Source of the DNA: Azolla caroliniana
Taxonomy: Eukaryota; Plantae; Polypodiophyta
Direction: 5' to 3'
Assembly: GCA_043228905.1 (NCBI GenBank)
Contig: JBHGNT010000021.1
Coordinates: 7,440,001 to 7,504,000 of the forward strand
Length of the DNA stretch: 64,000 nucleotides
The position numbers and the translations under genes were made by a program. Below, one piece after another: positions 63,279 through 64,000 of this stretch. The number at the start of each line of letters is the position of its first letter. The first letter of the stretch is position 1. A model generated the notes under the pieces. The model was not told where the DNA came from and did not search any database. It worked only from the letters and a program-made list of their open reading frames with translations.

Positions 63279-64000
63279 TTGTGTAGTATAATGTAGAGCC
63301 ACCTGGAAGGTTGAGCTCTATAGTGTCGATACCAATTATGGCGCAGTGTTGTGAATTTCCGACTCGGACTAAGTCAGAATGTCGGGCCGAGTATTGCCGA
63401 AACTAAGATTTGTGAGGAGTCACGTGGTAAGACACACCCGAATCTAGGAGCCAAGTGCTTGATTCCTTAGTTGTGCAGAACTTCTGACTCAACTGAGTTC
63501 TCGATAGACAATATATTCGGGTCATCTATCATGACTTCGGCTGATGAGCCGACAAAGTTGACCTCCTCTTGTCGGCCGCCCTTGTGATCGACTCTTTGAG
63601 CCTTATCATTTATGGCTTTGAGGGTGCAGCGATTGGCCTTGATGTGTCTGGGTTTCTTGCAATAGTTGCAGGTTCGATTATTCCAGGACTTGCTCCGGCT
63701 TTGCGCATTATTCGGCAGTCGGTAATAACTTCTTCCTCGATTGTTTGATTGGTTGGTTGAACCTTGTACTACGTAGGCATCACTGGCCAAATCGTTTGTA
63801 AACAATTTCCTCCGAGCTCGTGACTTCGGAGTATTTTACTGCAACATTCGACGCATTGCACACGATTATGACAAAAGTTTCCCAAGAAGTGGGGAGACTG
63901 CTCATTAGCAACATTGCTTTTAATTCTTCTTCGATTTTCATCCCCTGAGTCAAAATTTGGGAGCTTAGGCATCCGTATTCATTAAGGTGTGCTTGACCAA
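63279..64000 (-). pseudogene. Third copia family: gag knuckle and protease fragment
   Basis: CNYCKKPRHIKANRC and WLLDSGVSYHVT. Confidence 0.75.

Overview
Eukaryotic land-plant genomic DNA. A fern or other non-seed plant is inferred from the TE families and microsatellite content, but this is not provable from the window. Only one host gene is supportable: a 3-exon EPF/EPFL (EPFL4/5/6-like) secreted-peptide gene on the minus strand (5403-2826) with a His-rich pro-region. The rest is transposon-derived: L1-type LINE remnants; a hAT-like composite element (10600-17292) holding a ~2.4-kb tandem amplification of a LINE 3' end plus a TSD-flanked hAT MITE; a full-length decayed Ty1/copia (18352-23056); and a four-level nest of LTR retrotransposons from ~25.4 kb onward, mostly resolved by target-site duplications. 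Highlights: (1) a young Athila/Tat-like Ty3/gypsy (33906-44027) with a ~1030-aa extra sense ORF (plant-TE-like N-domain, long coiled coil, no transmembrane segment), a candidate internal TATA box and no canonical PPT; (2) gag-only LTR elements primed by tRNA-Trp (4-bp TSD in the complete copy) whose divergent LTRs share a conserved 28-nt U5 motif; (3) a copia family whose Pol carries a conserved ~130-aa tail after RNase H.
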